Origin: Patescibacteria group bacterium UBA5147
Lineage (GTDB): Bacteria > Patescibacteriota > Saccharimonadia > UBA4664
Direction of reading: 5' to 3'
Assembly (NCBI GenBank): GCA_002415345.1
Contig: DHXV01000001.1
Span: 33,059-97,058, forward strand
Length of the DNA stretch: 64,000 nt
The notes beneath the pieces were generated by a model, which ran no database searches, was not told the DNA's origin, and worked only from the letters and a program-made list of their open reading frames with translations. Positions 54,752 to 64,000 of this stretch are shown here, one piece after another. The position numbers and the translations under genes are program-made. The stretch's first letter is position 1, and each line of letters starts with the position of its first letter.

Positions 54752-55300
54752 CCCGCGAGGGGTGTTTATATTTGCAAATGACTCGGTGGCCGGACCCACT
54801 CCCATTCCTGGGAACGATTCAAGGGACCCGCCAAGGGCACTTCTACTAATACTATTCTCCACCCCATCCCGAACGTAATTGATCGGGATGAGAAAACTAT
54901 TCCTAGAACGTCCTTCCCCCGTGGTACTGACCCGGGGCAGAAGAATTTCGACCTGTAAATTATTACTTCGTCTCGACGTTTTGGAATAGTAAATTGGTGC
55001 CGCATCAGAGTCAATACTGCTAATGCTTATCAATTTACCTTCGTAGTCTAGCAACGGGAAAAACCACTGTCAACAACGTTAAAAGGCTTTATAAAGGGTA
55101 AATATCCTGATTATGGTTATGCTAATAAATATGACCCTTCTGCAATGCACAAAAAGTCGAGATGTCAAATCACGCTTAAACGACCATATTTACAGATTAA
55201 TGCAATACTCTAAATTTGCTGGCTCCATTTTGAAAGTTTTTTGTTAAAAGGAATGTATTATTCCCCCTCAAATCAACCGCCGGCAAGCTAGTCGATGACG

Positions 55301-56335
55301 CTATTTCAGGTATTTTTGAATGTTCTGCTGGTGCTCGGCATAGGTGTTGGCGTAATAGGTCCTGCCGTCGTTCCCGCTTAGAAAATAGTTGTATGACGTG
55401 TTCGCGGGATGGGCGACCGCGTCCAGTGCCGATAATCCGGGACTGGCAATCGGCCCTGGCGGCAACCCGACATACTTGCGGGTATTGTAAGGTGAATTGA
55501 TATCCAGATTGAACGGTACTCCGGCCAGATCCGAAGCGTAGTGAACGGTCACGTCCGATCCCAAAGGTTGTTTGTCGCGGAACCGTTTGAGGAATATTTG
55601 TGCCACTATCGGGCGGTCGGCGGGAGTATTTACCTCGCGTTCAACGATGGAAGCCAAGGTCAGGCCCTGATGCAGCGTCAGGCCCTCGGCCGCAAACGCC
55701 TGAAGGTATTCCGGTCCGACGCGCTGGCCGAACGCATCAAGCATCGCGTTCACCAGTTGCTTGGCCGTCGTCGTAGCGTTCACTTCATATGAATCAGGAA
55801 ACAAGTATCCTTCCAGGCTGACGCCGGCCGGTTTGCCAGCCAGAAATGCCTGAGTATGGGGGCCGTTCAGGGCAGCTTGGAAATCGGCCTTGGTGATGCC
55901 TTTTTTGGCGGCCAAATCCTCAATCTGGGAGATGCGGTAGCCCTCGGGAATTGTTATACGATTAAGCAACGTTTGCCCTCCGGTTAGAATTTCGACGATA
56001 AACGGCGCCGACTTGGTTGGGCTTATCGAGTAGGTACCTGCCTTGAGCCGCGCCCTCAGGAAGTGAAAATTCAGGTATGTAAGAAAAGCGGTGCGATTAC
56101 GGATCAATCCGGCCTGTTTGAGGGCGGTGGCGACTGAATTCGCGTTTTCACCGCTCTTGACCTCAAATACTTGGGATGCCCCGGCGGATGCGGCCGGCCC
56201 CAATCCCACTCGATAGCTGACATACCCGATCAAGGCCGCGCATGCAATAATCGCGATGCCGACCGCCATGAGCCGTTGCCGGCGTGGCAACTTAGAAGCT
56301 GTTCCATCGAACCGGTAACCTCGTCGATCCGCCAT
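55301..56335 (-). CDS. mltG: endolytic murein transglycosylase MltG (YceG-like)
   Basis: 344 aa with an N-terminal TM helix and YceG-family pattern. Confidence 0.8.
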   Translation of the reverse strand: MADRRGYRFDGTASKLPRRQRLMAVGIAIIACAALIGYVSYRVGLGPAASAGASQVFEVKSGENANSVATALKQAGLIRNRTAFLTYLNFHFLRARLKAGTYSISPTKSAPFIVEILTGGQTLLNRITIPEGYRISQIEDLAAKKGITKADFQAALNGPHTQAFLAGKPAGVSLEGYLFPDSYEVNATTTAKQLVNAMLDAFGQRVGPEYLQAFAAEGLTLHQGLTLASIVEREVNTPADRPIVAQIFLKRFRDKQPLGSDVTVHYASDLAGVPFNLDINSPYNTRKYVGLPPGPIASPGLSALDAVAHPANTSYNYFLSGNDGRTYYANTYAEHQQNIQKYLK

Positions 56336-56718
56336 TACAACGAATCCAAATAATCTTGCAAGATAATTGCTGCCGCCTCCGCGTCAATGTCCCCGCGGGC
56401 GTACTTGCGGCCGGACTCTTTTAGCCGCTCTTCGGCGACGCTGGACGTGCCCGCTTCGTCTTGAAACGCCAATTCTGTTCCAAGCCCTGCCAACACATCG
56501 TCAGTATAGCGACGCACTGCCAGTGTCTGAGGTGTCTCCCGGCCGTCCAAACTGCGCGGCAACCCGACGACAATAATGTCGGGTGTATGTTCGGCGATGA
56601 CTGCTGCCACTTTATCGGGCGCAACGGTTGTGAGCGGGGTTGCCAGTTTGGACTCGCTGTTGCCGGTCGCAATGCCAACGCGTGCGGAGCCGTAATCTAT
56701 TCCTATATAGCTGGGCAA
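56335..56718 (-). CDS. ruvX: Holliday-junction resolvase-like nuclease RuvX/YqgF
   Basis: 127-aa ORF, YqgF N-terminus IGIDYGSARVGIA. Confidence 0.85.
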   Translation of the reverse strand: MPSYIGIDYGSARVGIATGNSESKLATPLTTVAPDKVAAVIAEHTPDIIVVGLPRSLDGRETPQTLAVRRYTDDVLAGLGTELAFQDEAGTSSVAEERLKESGRKYARGDIDAEAAAIILQDYLDSL

Positions 56719-56720
56719 AT

Positions 56721-58373
56721 TTACTCCTTGGTATCGGCAACCTTAATCGATAATTTGATCTTGGACGCATTACCGGGCAGGCTAGTGGCCCAGGCCGGTG
56801 AAACCGTCACTTCGGCGCGCTGGACGCCCGGTTGCTTGCCGGCAATATCAACGGCGTCGCCGTAGCGCTTGCCTTTGATCTGGTTGATGATACCTGCTAC
56901 ATCAAGTTTAACACCGCCGTAGGCCTGGGTCGAAAATTTGAAGGTGGCACGGCCCTTACTGTCTTTTTCGCCGGCGGTAATTTGGGCCGCATCAAGGCCA
57001 TCGTTATAGATCTGGTTCTTGGCCCCAATCTGGGTCTGCTCCTGGGCGTGCACGAAGTCCGTGTAATCGCTCTTCTTGACCGTCAGCAGCGTATAGGTGA
57101 CCGGCAAAGTCAGCGTCGCGGAGCTGGCCTCCTGATCGACGGCCGGGCTCGAACTGGCCGTTCCCGGAGCAGCCTGCAATGAATCGGGCATAGCCTGGTA
57201 ACCGCTGGGTACTTTGCCCTTGAGGTTGGTCTCGGCTGAGTCTTTGTCTTTTGTGAGGAGGTCGGCTTGGGCTTTGTCGATGTCGGCTTGGGTGACGACG
57301 GTTATTGTCTTTGAGATACCGCCGGACATCTGAGCGCCGGTCAATTTAAAGTTTGACGTTAATTTAGCACTCGTAAACGTTGCATTGGTGAGATTATACT
57401 TGTTGCCGTTTTGCGCAGCCGTTACAGGAACGGAAACTGTCGATGAGGTGCAGTTTTTCCCGCCGTTCGTAAAAGTTCCGGCCGGAATATTAACAGCTTC
57501 ATTGGTCGTAAAGCTCAGGCCTTGTGAAATAAGCGTGTTTCCGGCCGCCAACGGATAAACACTGGTATCTTCACAGTTTTGAATAGTTACCGTACCGCTT
57601 GCCTTGGAACCTACGTCCTTCTGCCCAGTCGGGGCGAACGAGCCCGACAAATCCTTGGCGTTGGAAATAGCCTGGCCGCCGATGACGCCTGCCGCGGTGT
57701 CGGTGGCGCCGTTGGTGTCGACGGCAAAGTTGGCGTCAATCTGCACCTTGGAACCGGCCGCGTAGAGCGTGACGTTGGCTTTAGTGAAGAGCGCCATGAA
57801 CAGGACGTACCCGGCAATGAGGGCCACCGCCAAACCGACCCATAACAGCCGCCGTTTGAGGAGGTTGAAATTGGGTACCTTTGGCGCACCGCTGGATTTG
57901 ACGGATTCCGCGGCCACGGCCCCAGCCTCAGCAACCGAAGCTGCAGGCTTATCCACCACGTCCTTGCGTGAGAACAGCGGCGGGCGCTTGGCGGCGGCGG
58001 CCGCTAACGGTACGACGGTAGCCGGCATCGGTGGCGGCGTCTCGTCCTCGTCGTCTTCGATAATGTCTTCGTTGGTCGGCGGCTTGAGCGTTTCCGGTTC
58101 GGCCAGAACCGGTTTTGCACCGATGGACGGTGCAACGGCCAAACCTACCCGGCCGGCCAGGTCATGGGTTACCCGGTCGCCGGTTACCAACACCAGCTCC
58201 TTGCCAGCATCAGCGGCGGCTTTCTTAAGCAGCTTGAGGTTGATGATGCTTTGGAGCATGGTGGAACGTTTGGGCGCAACAACCTGCACTGATGTCCCGT
58301 CGATCTTGGTCAGTTTATCGATGGCCGAAGTGATATCTTCATCGACCTCTAAATAAAGGGCAGTTTCTTTCAT
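56721..58373 (-). CDS. bitopic membrane protein with large extracellular Thr/Ser/Gly-rich beta domain, function unknown
   Basis: 550 aa. A cytoplasmic N-terminal ~80 aa, a Pro/Glu linker, one TM helix, then a ~350-aa extracellular domain. Confidence 0.5.
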   Translation of the reverse strand: MKETALYLEVDEDITSAIDKLTKIDGTSVQVVAPKRSTMLQSIINLKLLKKAAADAGKELVLVTGDRVTHDLAGRVGLAVAPSIGAKPVLAEPETLKPPTNEDIIEDDEDETPPPMPATVVPLAAAAAKRPPLFSRKDVVDKPAASVAEAGAVAAESVKSSGAPKVPNFNLLKRRLLWVGLAVALIAGYVLFMALFTKANVTLYAAGSKVQIDANFAVDTNGATDTAAGVIGGQAISNAKDLSGSFAPTGQKDVGSKASGTVTIQNCEDTSVYPLAAGNTLISQGLSFTTNEAVNIPAGTFTNGGKNCTSSTVSVPVTAAQNGNKYNLTNATFTSAKLTSNFKLTGAQMSGGISKTITVVTQADIDKAQADLLTKDKDSAETNLKGKVPSGYQAMPDSLQAAPGTASSSPAVDQEASSATLTLPVTYTLLTVKKSDYTDFVHAQEQTQIGAKNQIYNDGLDAAQITAGEKDSKGRATFKFSTQAYGGVKLDVAGIINQIKGKRYGDAVDIAGKQPGVQRAEVTVSPAWATSLPGNASKIKLSIKVADTKE

Positions 58374-58490
58374 AATCTTAGATTACCACAAAGCTTATGG
58401 TTTAGCTGGGTCAAGTGCCCAATAGAAAAGGATGATTCACAGAATCATCCTTATCCATTTCGTATTCAGTTATGTAGGCGGATAAGGCGT

Positions 58491-58883
58491 TCACGCGCTC
58501 TCCTGTAGATTGAAGGTGCGGGCCGTGCGGGTACGGATAGCCCATTCAAGAAAAATGCGGTTGGCCCGAGCCGCCATGGCATCCGAAGCGTTCTCGCGCC
58601 ACAACAACTCGGTTAGACCCTCGACACGGGCGTCGATGCGCTTATCCAGCAGATGCCTCGCCTTGGCAACCCGCACCGTCTGGAGTGCCATGCCATAAAA
58701 ATCTCGATGCGCCCGTAGGCGATGCATCGTCAGGTTCAGTATGATGACGGCTGCCAACTGCGGGACATCATACTCAAGGCTCGTTTCCCGCTTGATATTG
58801 CGCTGTCGAACCAATATATCGATTTTGACGTCATCGGCTGCCAACACTTTGGCGAATCGAGCGATAAACCGAGTCATTTCCAA
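58491..58883 (-). CDS. hypothetical alpha-helical protein
   Basis: 130-aa ORF followed by the AAGGATGATT-cacag-AATCATCCTT hairpin at 58427-58455. Confidence 0.4.
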   Translation of the reverse strand: MEMTRFIARFAKVLAADDVKIDILVRQRNIKRETSLEYDVPQLAAVIILNLTMHRLRAHRDFYGMALQTVRVAKARHLLDKRIDARVEGLTELLWRENASDAMAARANRIFLEWAIRTRTARTFNLQESA

Positions 58884-59247
58884 GAGGTTTCACCCCCTTC
58901 CATAACTTGAAGGTACAAAATGGTAATGGAATTTTATCCGCACTCGCCCACACATGCAAGGGGTGGATTGACAATGCAGCCAGATATATTATTGGTCGGC
59001 AATTACGCCGAAATCGCCCGGGATAATTCCTTAATCAGCGTATCCGCAACGCCAAGATCATGTTGATCGACGCCGGCAACGGTACTCCCGATTGACACCA
59101 TCGTAGGGTTGATCGTGAAAAACCTGGGACCACAGGTCCACGCTCCGGTCGCAGGGTCCATTCCAAACCCACCCTATGAGCTGATCACCACCATTTCCTA
59201 ACCCCGTATCGTCCCGCCTAAACACGGGTGCCGGTACGTAAACCGGC

Positions 59248-59298
59248 TCACTCAACGACGGCGTAGTTGTTCTGATGAGTCCAAAAGGGCGAAAGTGA
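59248..59298 (+). ncRNA. candidate minimal type-III hammerhead ribozyme
   Basis: UCAC-UC|AACGAC-ggcgua-GUUGUU-CUGAUGA-GUCC-aaaa-GGGC-GAAA-GUGA. The conserved CUGAUGA and GAAA cores, three stems in the required topology and a CUC cleavage triplet are all present. Confidence 0.25.
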
Positions 59299-59388
59299 AT
59301 CATAGAGATGCTACTATTGACATTTGCGGCCTTTGATGATAAAGTCCTGCCAACTGTCCCTTAACATCCCGTCGGCGATTGGATAATA

Positions 59389-60012
59389 ATGAGTCCTGAA
59401 CTGCGAAAGGTACTCAGAAGTATCAATTCTTATATAAACGGGATGCCAAGTCCTGCCAACACACTCATGTGGTTGGCTTGGCTTCTGATTAGTCTTTACC
59501 CGGTTATTACTCACCGTAGCCTCATCAACTTCGTCATACCCTTCTTGATAATGCTGCTACTACTCCGTGAAGGACTGAATTTTTATCGGCGGCGGCAGTA
59601 TTTCGCACCCAAGCGTGCTTTCACCAGCCTTGTTCGTCAGCGCCTGGCAAACCGTAAGTACCTCCATTTACGGTCCGAAGGTTCCGAATGGGTGATTCAG
59701 CGGACATTCATGAAACTCGCCCTATGCCAACTTAATCATGACGATGTTCGAGAAGGACACCAGCTATCGGAAGATACATTAAGTGCTCTTGTAACGACAT
59801 ACCTCGTAACGTGGAATGCGTTCGCGGTATTAAAACACATCGGATCTGTGCCTATCCATAAAAGCCCAGACGATTTACAATTCTCAATAAATGAAGACTT
59901 TGTAGTTTCGGTTTCCAATCGAGACCTCAACAGCTTCCCCAACATAGTGACGGCCGAAGCTGCTGAACTAGATCAGTTGACCGCTATTATCGCTTCAGCT
60001 GCCGAGGTTTAG
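59389..60012 (+). CDS. hypothetical membrane protein
   Basis: 207-aa ORF with two N-terminal TM helices. Confidence 0.45.
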   Translation: MSPELRKVLRSINSYINGMPSPANTLMWLAWLLISLYPVITHRSLINFVIPFLIMLLLLREGLNFYRRRQYFAPKRAFTSLVRQRLANRKYLHLRSEGSEWVIQRTFMKLALCQLNHDDVREGHQLSEDTLSALVTTYLVTWNAFAVLKHIGSVPIHKSPDDLQFSINEDFVVSVSNRDLNSFPNIVTAEAAELDQLTAIIASAAEV

Positions 60013-60042
60013 CTAAGAGAACCGCTCTACCCCTTTCGGAAC

Positions 60043-60066
60043 AAAATACCCCGAAAGGGGTATTTT
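60043..60066. terminator. bidirectional terminator
   Basis: AAAATACCCC-gaaa-GGGGTATTTT followed by gtttt, between convergent genes. Confidence 0.55.
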
Positions 60067-60088
60067 GTTTTAGGTTCAAGGATTTCGA

Positions 60089-61378
60089 CTAAGCGCTTAT
60101 GGCCCGCGAAAGCTTTTTAATTAATGTATCGGTAACAGTTTCCGCACCGGCAGTATCCAGGCCCAGGTTTGCCAGGCCCATGGGGGTAATGTCGGCGTAG
60201 CTGGTGAGCTGGCCGGTCTTGTCGATGACGCGGGTGACTTCGCTGGGGCTGATATGGCTGATGACGGGTTTGCGGGCGAACGGCAGGTTCTTGTACCAGT
60301 CGTTGCCTTTGAGGGCAGCCATGATTTGAGGCAGGCCGGTGCCGCCGCCGCAGAGCATGATTTTGGCCGGCAGGTGGTCGACGCGGTCGAATTCGGCCAG
60401 GCTCAGTTCAACACCCGACAGCCAGACTTTGATGTCCGAATCAACGGCCTCTTCGACGGCTTTTTTGGCTTTGACCCCGATGGTGCCGGCGCTGTAGGCC
60501 AGCTTCATCGCCTCGGCTTTTTCGAAACTGACGCCGGCCACCTGCGCGATGCGCTTGGTAAAGCTGCGGCCACCGATGGCGAACATCTTGGTGCCTTCGA
60601 CGCCGCCGTTATTCACCAGGGCGATATCGGTGGTACCGCCGCCGATGTCGATGAAAATGGCGCTGAACTCGCTCGAGTCCTGCGCGCCCACCGATTTGGC
60701 GACGGCGAAAGGTTCGGCCGCAATGTTGACCAGGTTCAAATCCAGGTCGGCGGCCACGCTCTGCAACGCCCCCAAATGGACCATCGGCGCAAAGGCGTTG
60801 AATAGTTGGATTGAGACGTCCCGGCCTTGGAATCCAATTGGATTGGTAACGCGGTAGCCGTCGATCTGGACGTCGACGATGGCGGTGTTGACGAGTTTGA
60901 CCTCGATTTCCTTCATCCCGGTTTCCCAGGTAAGCTGCTCGCGGGCCCGTTCAAAAGCGCGATATTGGACACGGTCCAGGATCTTCTTGAGTTCCGTCAT
61001 GTCGATAGGATCACTGGAAGCCGCGCGTTTGTAGCGCACGGTGGTGCTGGCGCCTTTGACGAGCTCGCCGGCAATTCCTATGACGACATCTTTGGCCACC
61101 ACGCCGGCCATTTTCTCGGCCGCACGGAGCGCCGTGTCGCAGTTTTCCACTACCCCGCGAATATCGGTAACGGCCCCGCCTTGCATGTCGGTAAGGCGCT
61201 GGCGCTGGCGCCCGACGCCGATAATTTCAATTTGGCCGTCCTTGATCTCGCCGATCAGCGCCTTGACGAACTCGGTGCCGATATCCAGTGCCACCAAATA
61301 CCGAGCTTGGGGTTCACGCCCACGGAGCCTGACGAATTTTTCTACGAGCTTTGAGGCCATGCGGTTACCCTTAATCAT
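60089..61378 (-). CDS. ftsA: cell division protein FtsA
   Basis: Actin-like ATPase (LDIGTEFVKALIG.., DIGGGTTDIAL). Confidence 0.9.
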   Translation of the reverse strand: MIKGNRMASKLVEKFVRLRGREPQARYLVALDIGTEFVKALIGEIKDGQIEIIGVGRQRQRLTDMQGGAVTDIRGVVENCDTALRAAEKMAGVVAKDVVIGIAGELVKGASTTVRYKRAASSDPIDMTELKKILDRVQYRAFERAREQLTWETGMKEIEVKLVNTAIVDVQIDGYRVTNPIGFQGRDVSIQLFNAFAPMVHLGALQSVAADLDLNLVNIAAEPFAVAKSVGAQDSSEFSAIFIDIGGGTTDIALVNNGGVEGTKMFAIGGRSFTKRIAQVAGVSFEKAEAMKLAYSAGTIGVKAKKAVEEAVDSDIKVWLSGVELSLAEFDRVDHLPAKIMLCGGGTGLPQIMAALKGNDWYKNLPFARKPVISHISPSEVTRVIDKTGQLTSYADITPMGLANLGLDTAGAETVTDTLIKKLSRAISA

Positions 61379-61415
61379 CTAAATTGTAACGCTAATGCTT
61401 GAGGCTGCCAAACGG

Positions 61416-61703
61416 TTAGCGAAGTTTCGGTGTCGCCGTCGGGAGCGGAGTCGGGGTCGGGGTAGCCGCGGACGGACCATTGCCGACGGCCTCAGGGAGA
61501 GCCTCAACGGTGGGCTTAGGTGTCAACTTCGCCTGGCGTACCTGCTCGCGCAAGCTGGTAATATTGCCGGCTTGCGAGTCGCGCTCAGTTTTGTACTGGT
61601 CGGTCTTGTTCATGAGCATCACGAACGCGGCCCCGCCGACCACTACCAAAACGGTAATGACTATCCATTGCAGCCGGACGATGTTGCGCTTTTGATCTGA
61701 CAC
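61416..61703 (-). CDS. FtsB/DivIC-like septum formation initiator (small bitopic coiled-coil protein)
   Basis: 95 aa: TM helix, a coiled coil (ITSLREQVRQAKL) and a Pro-rich tail. Located next to ftsA. Confidence 0.45.
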   Translation of the reverse strand: MSDQKRNIVRLQWIVITVLVVVGGAAFVMLMNKTDQYKTERDSQAGNITSLREQVRQAKLTPKPTVEALPEAVGNGPSAATPTPTPLPTATPKLR

Positions 61704-61745
61704 GAATACCCTCGTTCCTTAGTAGCTATTGTAGCAGAAGCGTAA

Positions 61746-62378
61746 TTAGTTTATCTGGGCAAGCGTCGGCAGAACGGCGTCAAGCAGTGCCGCCTTGGCC
61801 GCGGTAACTGAGGCGCGGCCAGCCACGTCGGAAGCGCAGTTACCGGCTGCCGCCACGTAATAATAATTGTAGTCGCCGAACGATTTTATCAACTTGCTCG
61901 TTGAAGCCGCCCGTGAGGTTTTGGGCCGACGAACCAATTGGCCCAGCGCCGCGCCCGGCTTACAGGCCGGATACTGCGCCACCAGGCCGGTGGTAGTTAA
62001 ATTCGCAACGGCCAAACCGCTGACGAGCTGATAGGAGTAGGTCAAATCGGCAATCGGGGCGGATGTGGTTACGGCGACGCCAAGCTGATCAAACTTAACA
62101 GCCGTCGTACCAAGGACTCCTGGCGTTTCCGTAGGGGTCGGGCTAGGCACCACGCTTGGCGACGGGCTCGCCTGGGCGGCGGCCACCTGCTGTTTAAGCT
62201 GGTATCTCAAGTCGGTGAGCTGACCGTTCAATGCGTCCTTATCATCCTTGGCGCGGCCGAATTGGACGTAGTTAAGATATCCGGAGGCGACCAGGCCCAG
62301 CCCAAAAGTCACGACAATTACAATCAATAATTTCGGGCTCGAAAGTCGCTGAGACACCTTTACTCCAACCTTTAACAA
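61746..62378 (-). CDS. membrane-anchored hypothetical protein
   Basis: 210-aa ORF: N-terminal TM helix, coiled coil, Pro/Ser linker and a globular domain. Confidence 0.45.
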   Translation of the reverse strand: MLKVGVKVSQRLSSPKLLIVIVVTFGLGLVASGYLNYVQFGRAKDDKDALNGQLTDLRYQLKQQVAAAQASPSPSVVPSPTPTETPGVLGTTAVKFDQLGVAVTTSAPIADLTYSYQLVSGLAVANLTTTGLVAQYPACKPGAALGQLVRRPKTSRAASTSKLIKSFGDYNYYYVAAAGNCASDVAGRASVTAAKAALLDAVLPTLAQIN

Positions 62379-62441
62379 TGGCCCTAGTATATCTTATGAA
62401 GACATAAGCGTGAAGCCCGGAACTTGTACTGCTGTAAGGAC

Positions 62442-62470
62442 TTGATTAGAAATTGTAGATATGTTATAAT
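62442..62470 (+). promoter_or_regulatory. sigma70-type promoter TTGATT-17 bp-TATAAT
   Basis: Canonical -35/-10 with 17-bp spacing, about 155 nt upstream of ATG 62627. Confidence 0.45.
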
Positions 62471-62626
62471 ATAGGGCGAGTCTGCGATTGATAACTACTC
62501 TCGTCGTGGCGGCTCATTTACAAGCCGTTTGTTTGATGTTGTTTGTCCTAATTGAGAGACCACAATCGGTCTTTTTTCTAATTCAAACAACCCTACTCGA
62601 ACCGTCCCGAAACCCTTGGAGAGTTC

Positions 62627-64000
62627 ATGTTCACAATCCTGATCTTTATGGCAATCCTCGCAATTTTGCTTACGGTTGGAGGAATCCTCACGGCACGCCA
62701 GAATGGTAATCCCCTGACAATGGGACAGATTACGGCGTTCTCGATTTTGCCGCTCGCAATACTCGGTATCGGTGCCGGTTCCTACCCCTTCGGTCTGAAT
62801 GCCGCACAAGCTGATGCCGTGGGCGGTTACCACCAGTTCCTCAACGGGAGCATAGTGGCGACCAACAGCGTGCTCTATCGGTGCAGCGAGGATGGTTCAT
62901 GCTCCCACGACTACGCTTGCGATTACTACACCGAGGAAGAGACCGAATACTATACGGACTCCAACGGTAAGTCGCAGTCGCGGCAAGTCACGGTAAGCAA
63001 ACACCACGATTGCCCTTACGCCACAAAGGAGTTCAGTTACACGGCTACCGACAGCTTCGGTAACGACTACCAGCTTGGTGATCACGTCTTTGACAAGAAC
63101 CCTCAAGCGTGGCGCCGAGGCGAAGGAATCCCCAAAGACATACCACGAGGCGTGCCACCACAATGGCAACACGCCTCGGACGGCATCGCCAACGGCAATA
63201 CCGACCCGGTAACCGTGCCCGCCGATTACAAGAACTACATCCTGTCGTCGGAACACACGCTGCTCAAAGCGGCATCCAGTGACATCACCTTGCTTAAGAA
63301 CAAGAAGCTGTTGCCTGACCACACGACCAATCTGGAAAATCCCATCTACGACAACTACCTGGCCGGCAAGGTGAGTTTTGTCGGCGTAAAGCCGCCCAAC
63401 TCGGCCAACTGGCAGGATGCCCTGATGCGATTCAACGCGGCCTTGGGGACGATGAGGCAAGGCGACATGCACGTTGTCGTAATCAAGGCATCAGCCCTTC
63501 CGCCAAGCGTAAGTTCCGAGGATTACCTGAACGCCGTCAAGGCGTACTGGCTCAATGACCTCAGCAAGAACGCGTTGGCCAAAAACGGCATCGTGTTGGT
63601 TATGGCAGTAGACAATTCGACTTCAACCATCAAATGGGCGAGGTCGACCACCGGCATGCCGATCGGAAACGGTCCCATGCTGCAGGCTCTGAATACCGAG
63701 CTAAACGGAAAACCGTTTACGGTTGATTCCGTGTTCGGCACCACAAGCGGTTGGGTTGTTTCCGCGGGCCCCAAACCCAAGGTCACTTACCGGATCGGGA
63801 GCGGACTGGCAGCTCAAATCATCATGCAGGATTTCCCGTTCCAACGGGCCTGTATGGGATGCGAAGGCAAGGAAGACGTTGGCCAACACGGCTTCGTCAA
63901 CCTCTCCACCGAGATTCCTCTCGGCGGTGCTGCCCTCGTATGGACGATCATCATCGATATCGTCATCTGCTTGTTCCTCGCCATAGGACTCAACAACTTG
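62627..64000 (+). CDS. membrane protein with Cys-containing extracytoplasmic domain (partial, runs off window end)
   Basis: A GGAGAG RBS is followed by an ATG open for 458 codons to the window edge. The reading frame is first opened by a TAA at 62579. Protein-like composition with TM helices at both ends. It is absent from the track because no stop is reached. Confidence 0.6.
   Translation, partial: MFTILIFMAILAILLTVGGILTARQNGNPLTMGQITAFSILPLAILGIGAGSYPFGLNAAQADAVGGYHQFLNGSIVATNSVLYRCSEDGSCSHDYACDYYTEEETEYYTDSNGKSQSRQVTVSKHHDCPYATKEFSYTATDSFGNDYQLGDHVFDKNPQAWRRGEGIPKDIPRGVPPQWQHASDGIANGNTDPVTVPADYKNYILSSEHTLLKAASSDITLLKNKKLLPDHTTNLENPIYDNYLAGKVSFVGVKPPNSANWQDALMRFNAALGTMRQGDMHVVVIKASALPPSVSSEDYLNAVKAYWLNDLSKNALAKNGIVLVMAVDNSTSTIKWARSTTGMPIGNGPMLQALNTELNGKPFTVDSVFGTTSGWVVSAGPKPKVTYRIGSGLAAQIIMQDFPFQRACMGCEGKEDVGQHGFVNLSTEIPLGGAALVWTIIIDIVICLFLAIGLNNL

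Noticed and set aside
59058-59303. 81-aa minus-strand ORF in the 58.9-59.4 kb gap.
   Set aside because: There is no RBS or start context, and the translation is Arg/Pro-rich. The region is better explained as non-coding, holding the hammerhead candidate and promoter.
62495-63996. Minus-strand ORFs 62495-62833, 62897-63472, 63523-63786 and 63814-63996.
   Set aside because: They are antisense to the long + strand ORF starting at 62627, which has an RBS, TM helices and protein-like composition. The minus-strand translations are Arg/Val/Gly-rich and low-complexity.

Overview
The window is 64 kb of a compact, gene-dense bacterial chromosome with about 90% coding sequence and mostly minus-strand operons. 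From the sequence alone, the gene content and order resemble a small-genome, Gram-positive-type fermentative bacterium, possibly of the Candidate Phyla Radiation (Saccharibacteria-like). This is an inference, not a database result. Supporting signs are a transketolase split into two subunits, an fba-tkt-rpe-rpiB-gap cluster, rpsP-KH-trmD without rimM, eno/gpmA/2-hydroxyacid dehydrogenase, and LysM-CHAP/MltG/FtsA/MurA/MurF cell-wall genes with no obvious classical respiratory complexes.

Housekeeping content includes glycolysis and pentose-phosphate genes, ppa, msrA, smc, rnc, nusB, rpmF, leuS, murF, murA, pyrE, obg, ruvX, ftsA, three tRNAs (Gln-CTG, Ala-GGC, Ala-CGC), tatA/tatC and a sensor histidine kinase.

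The accessory or unusual content is as follows:
1. A four-gene collagen-like / discoidin-LamG tail-fibre-like cassette at 25.0-29.3 kb, with 54-bp tandem repeats.
2. A COG4271-type TIR-like protein plus a Cys-rich partner in an AT-rich islet between two tRNA-Ala genes. A nearby ORF is flanked by duplicated tRNA 3'-end/terminator repeats.
3. A four-gene operon encoding a membrane FAD/NAD oxidoreductase, ApbE, an FMN-binding protein and a cytochrome b6-like protein, resembling flavin-based extracellular electron transfer (FLEET). A perfect CRP-type TGTGA-N6-TCACA site lies upstream.
4. A nickel superoxide dismutase with its SodX maturation peptidase, next to a membrane-anchored class A beta-lactamase-like gene.
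5. A Tat-signal micro-protein immediately downstream of tatC.
6. A candidate minimal hammerhead ribozyme in a 500-bp non-coding gap.
7. Several direct or inverted repeats that suggest past insertion events.

The supplied ORF track misses rpmF, a terminal 458-codon + strand ORF and several true start sites. It also contains many antisense artefact ORFs in GC-rich repeat regions.
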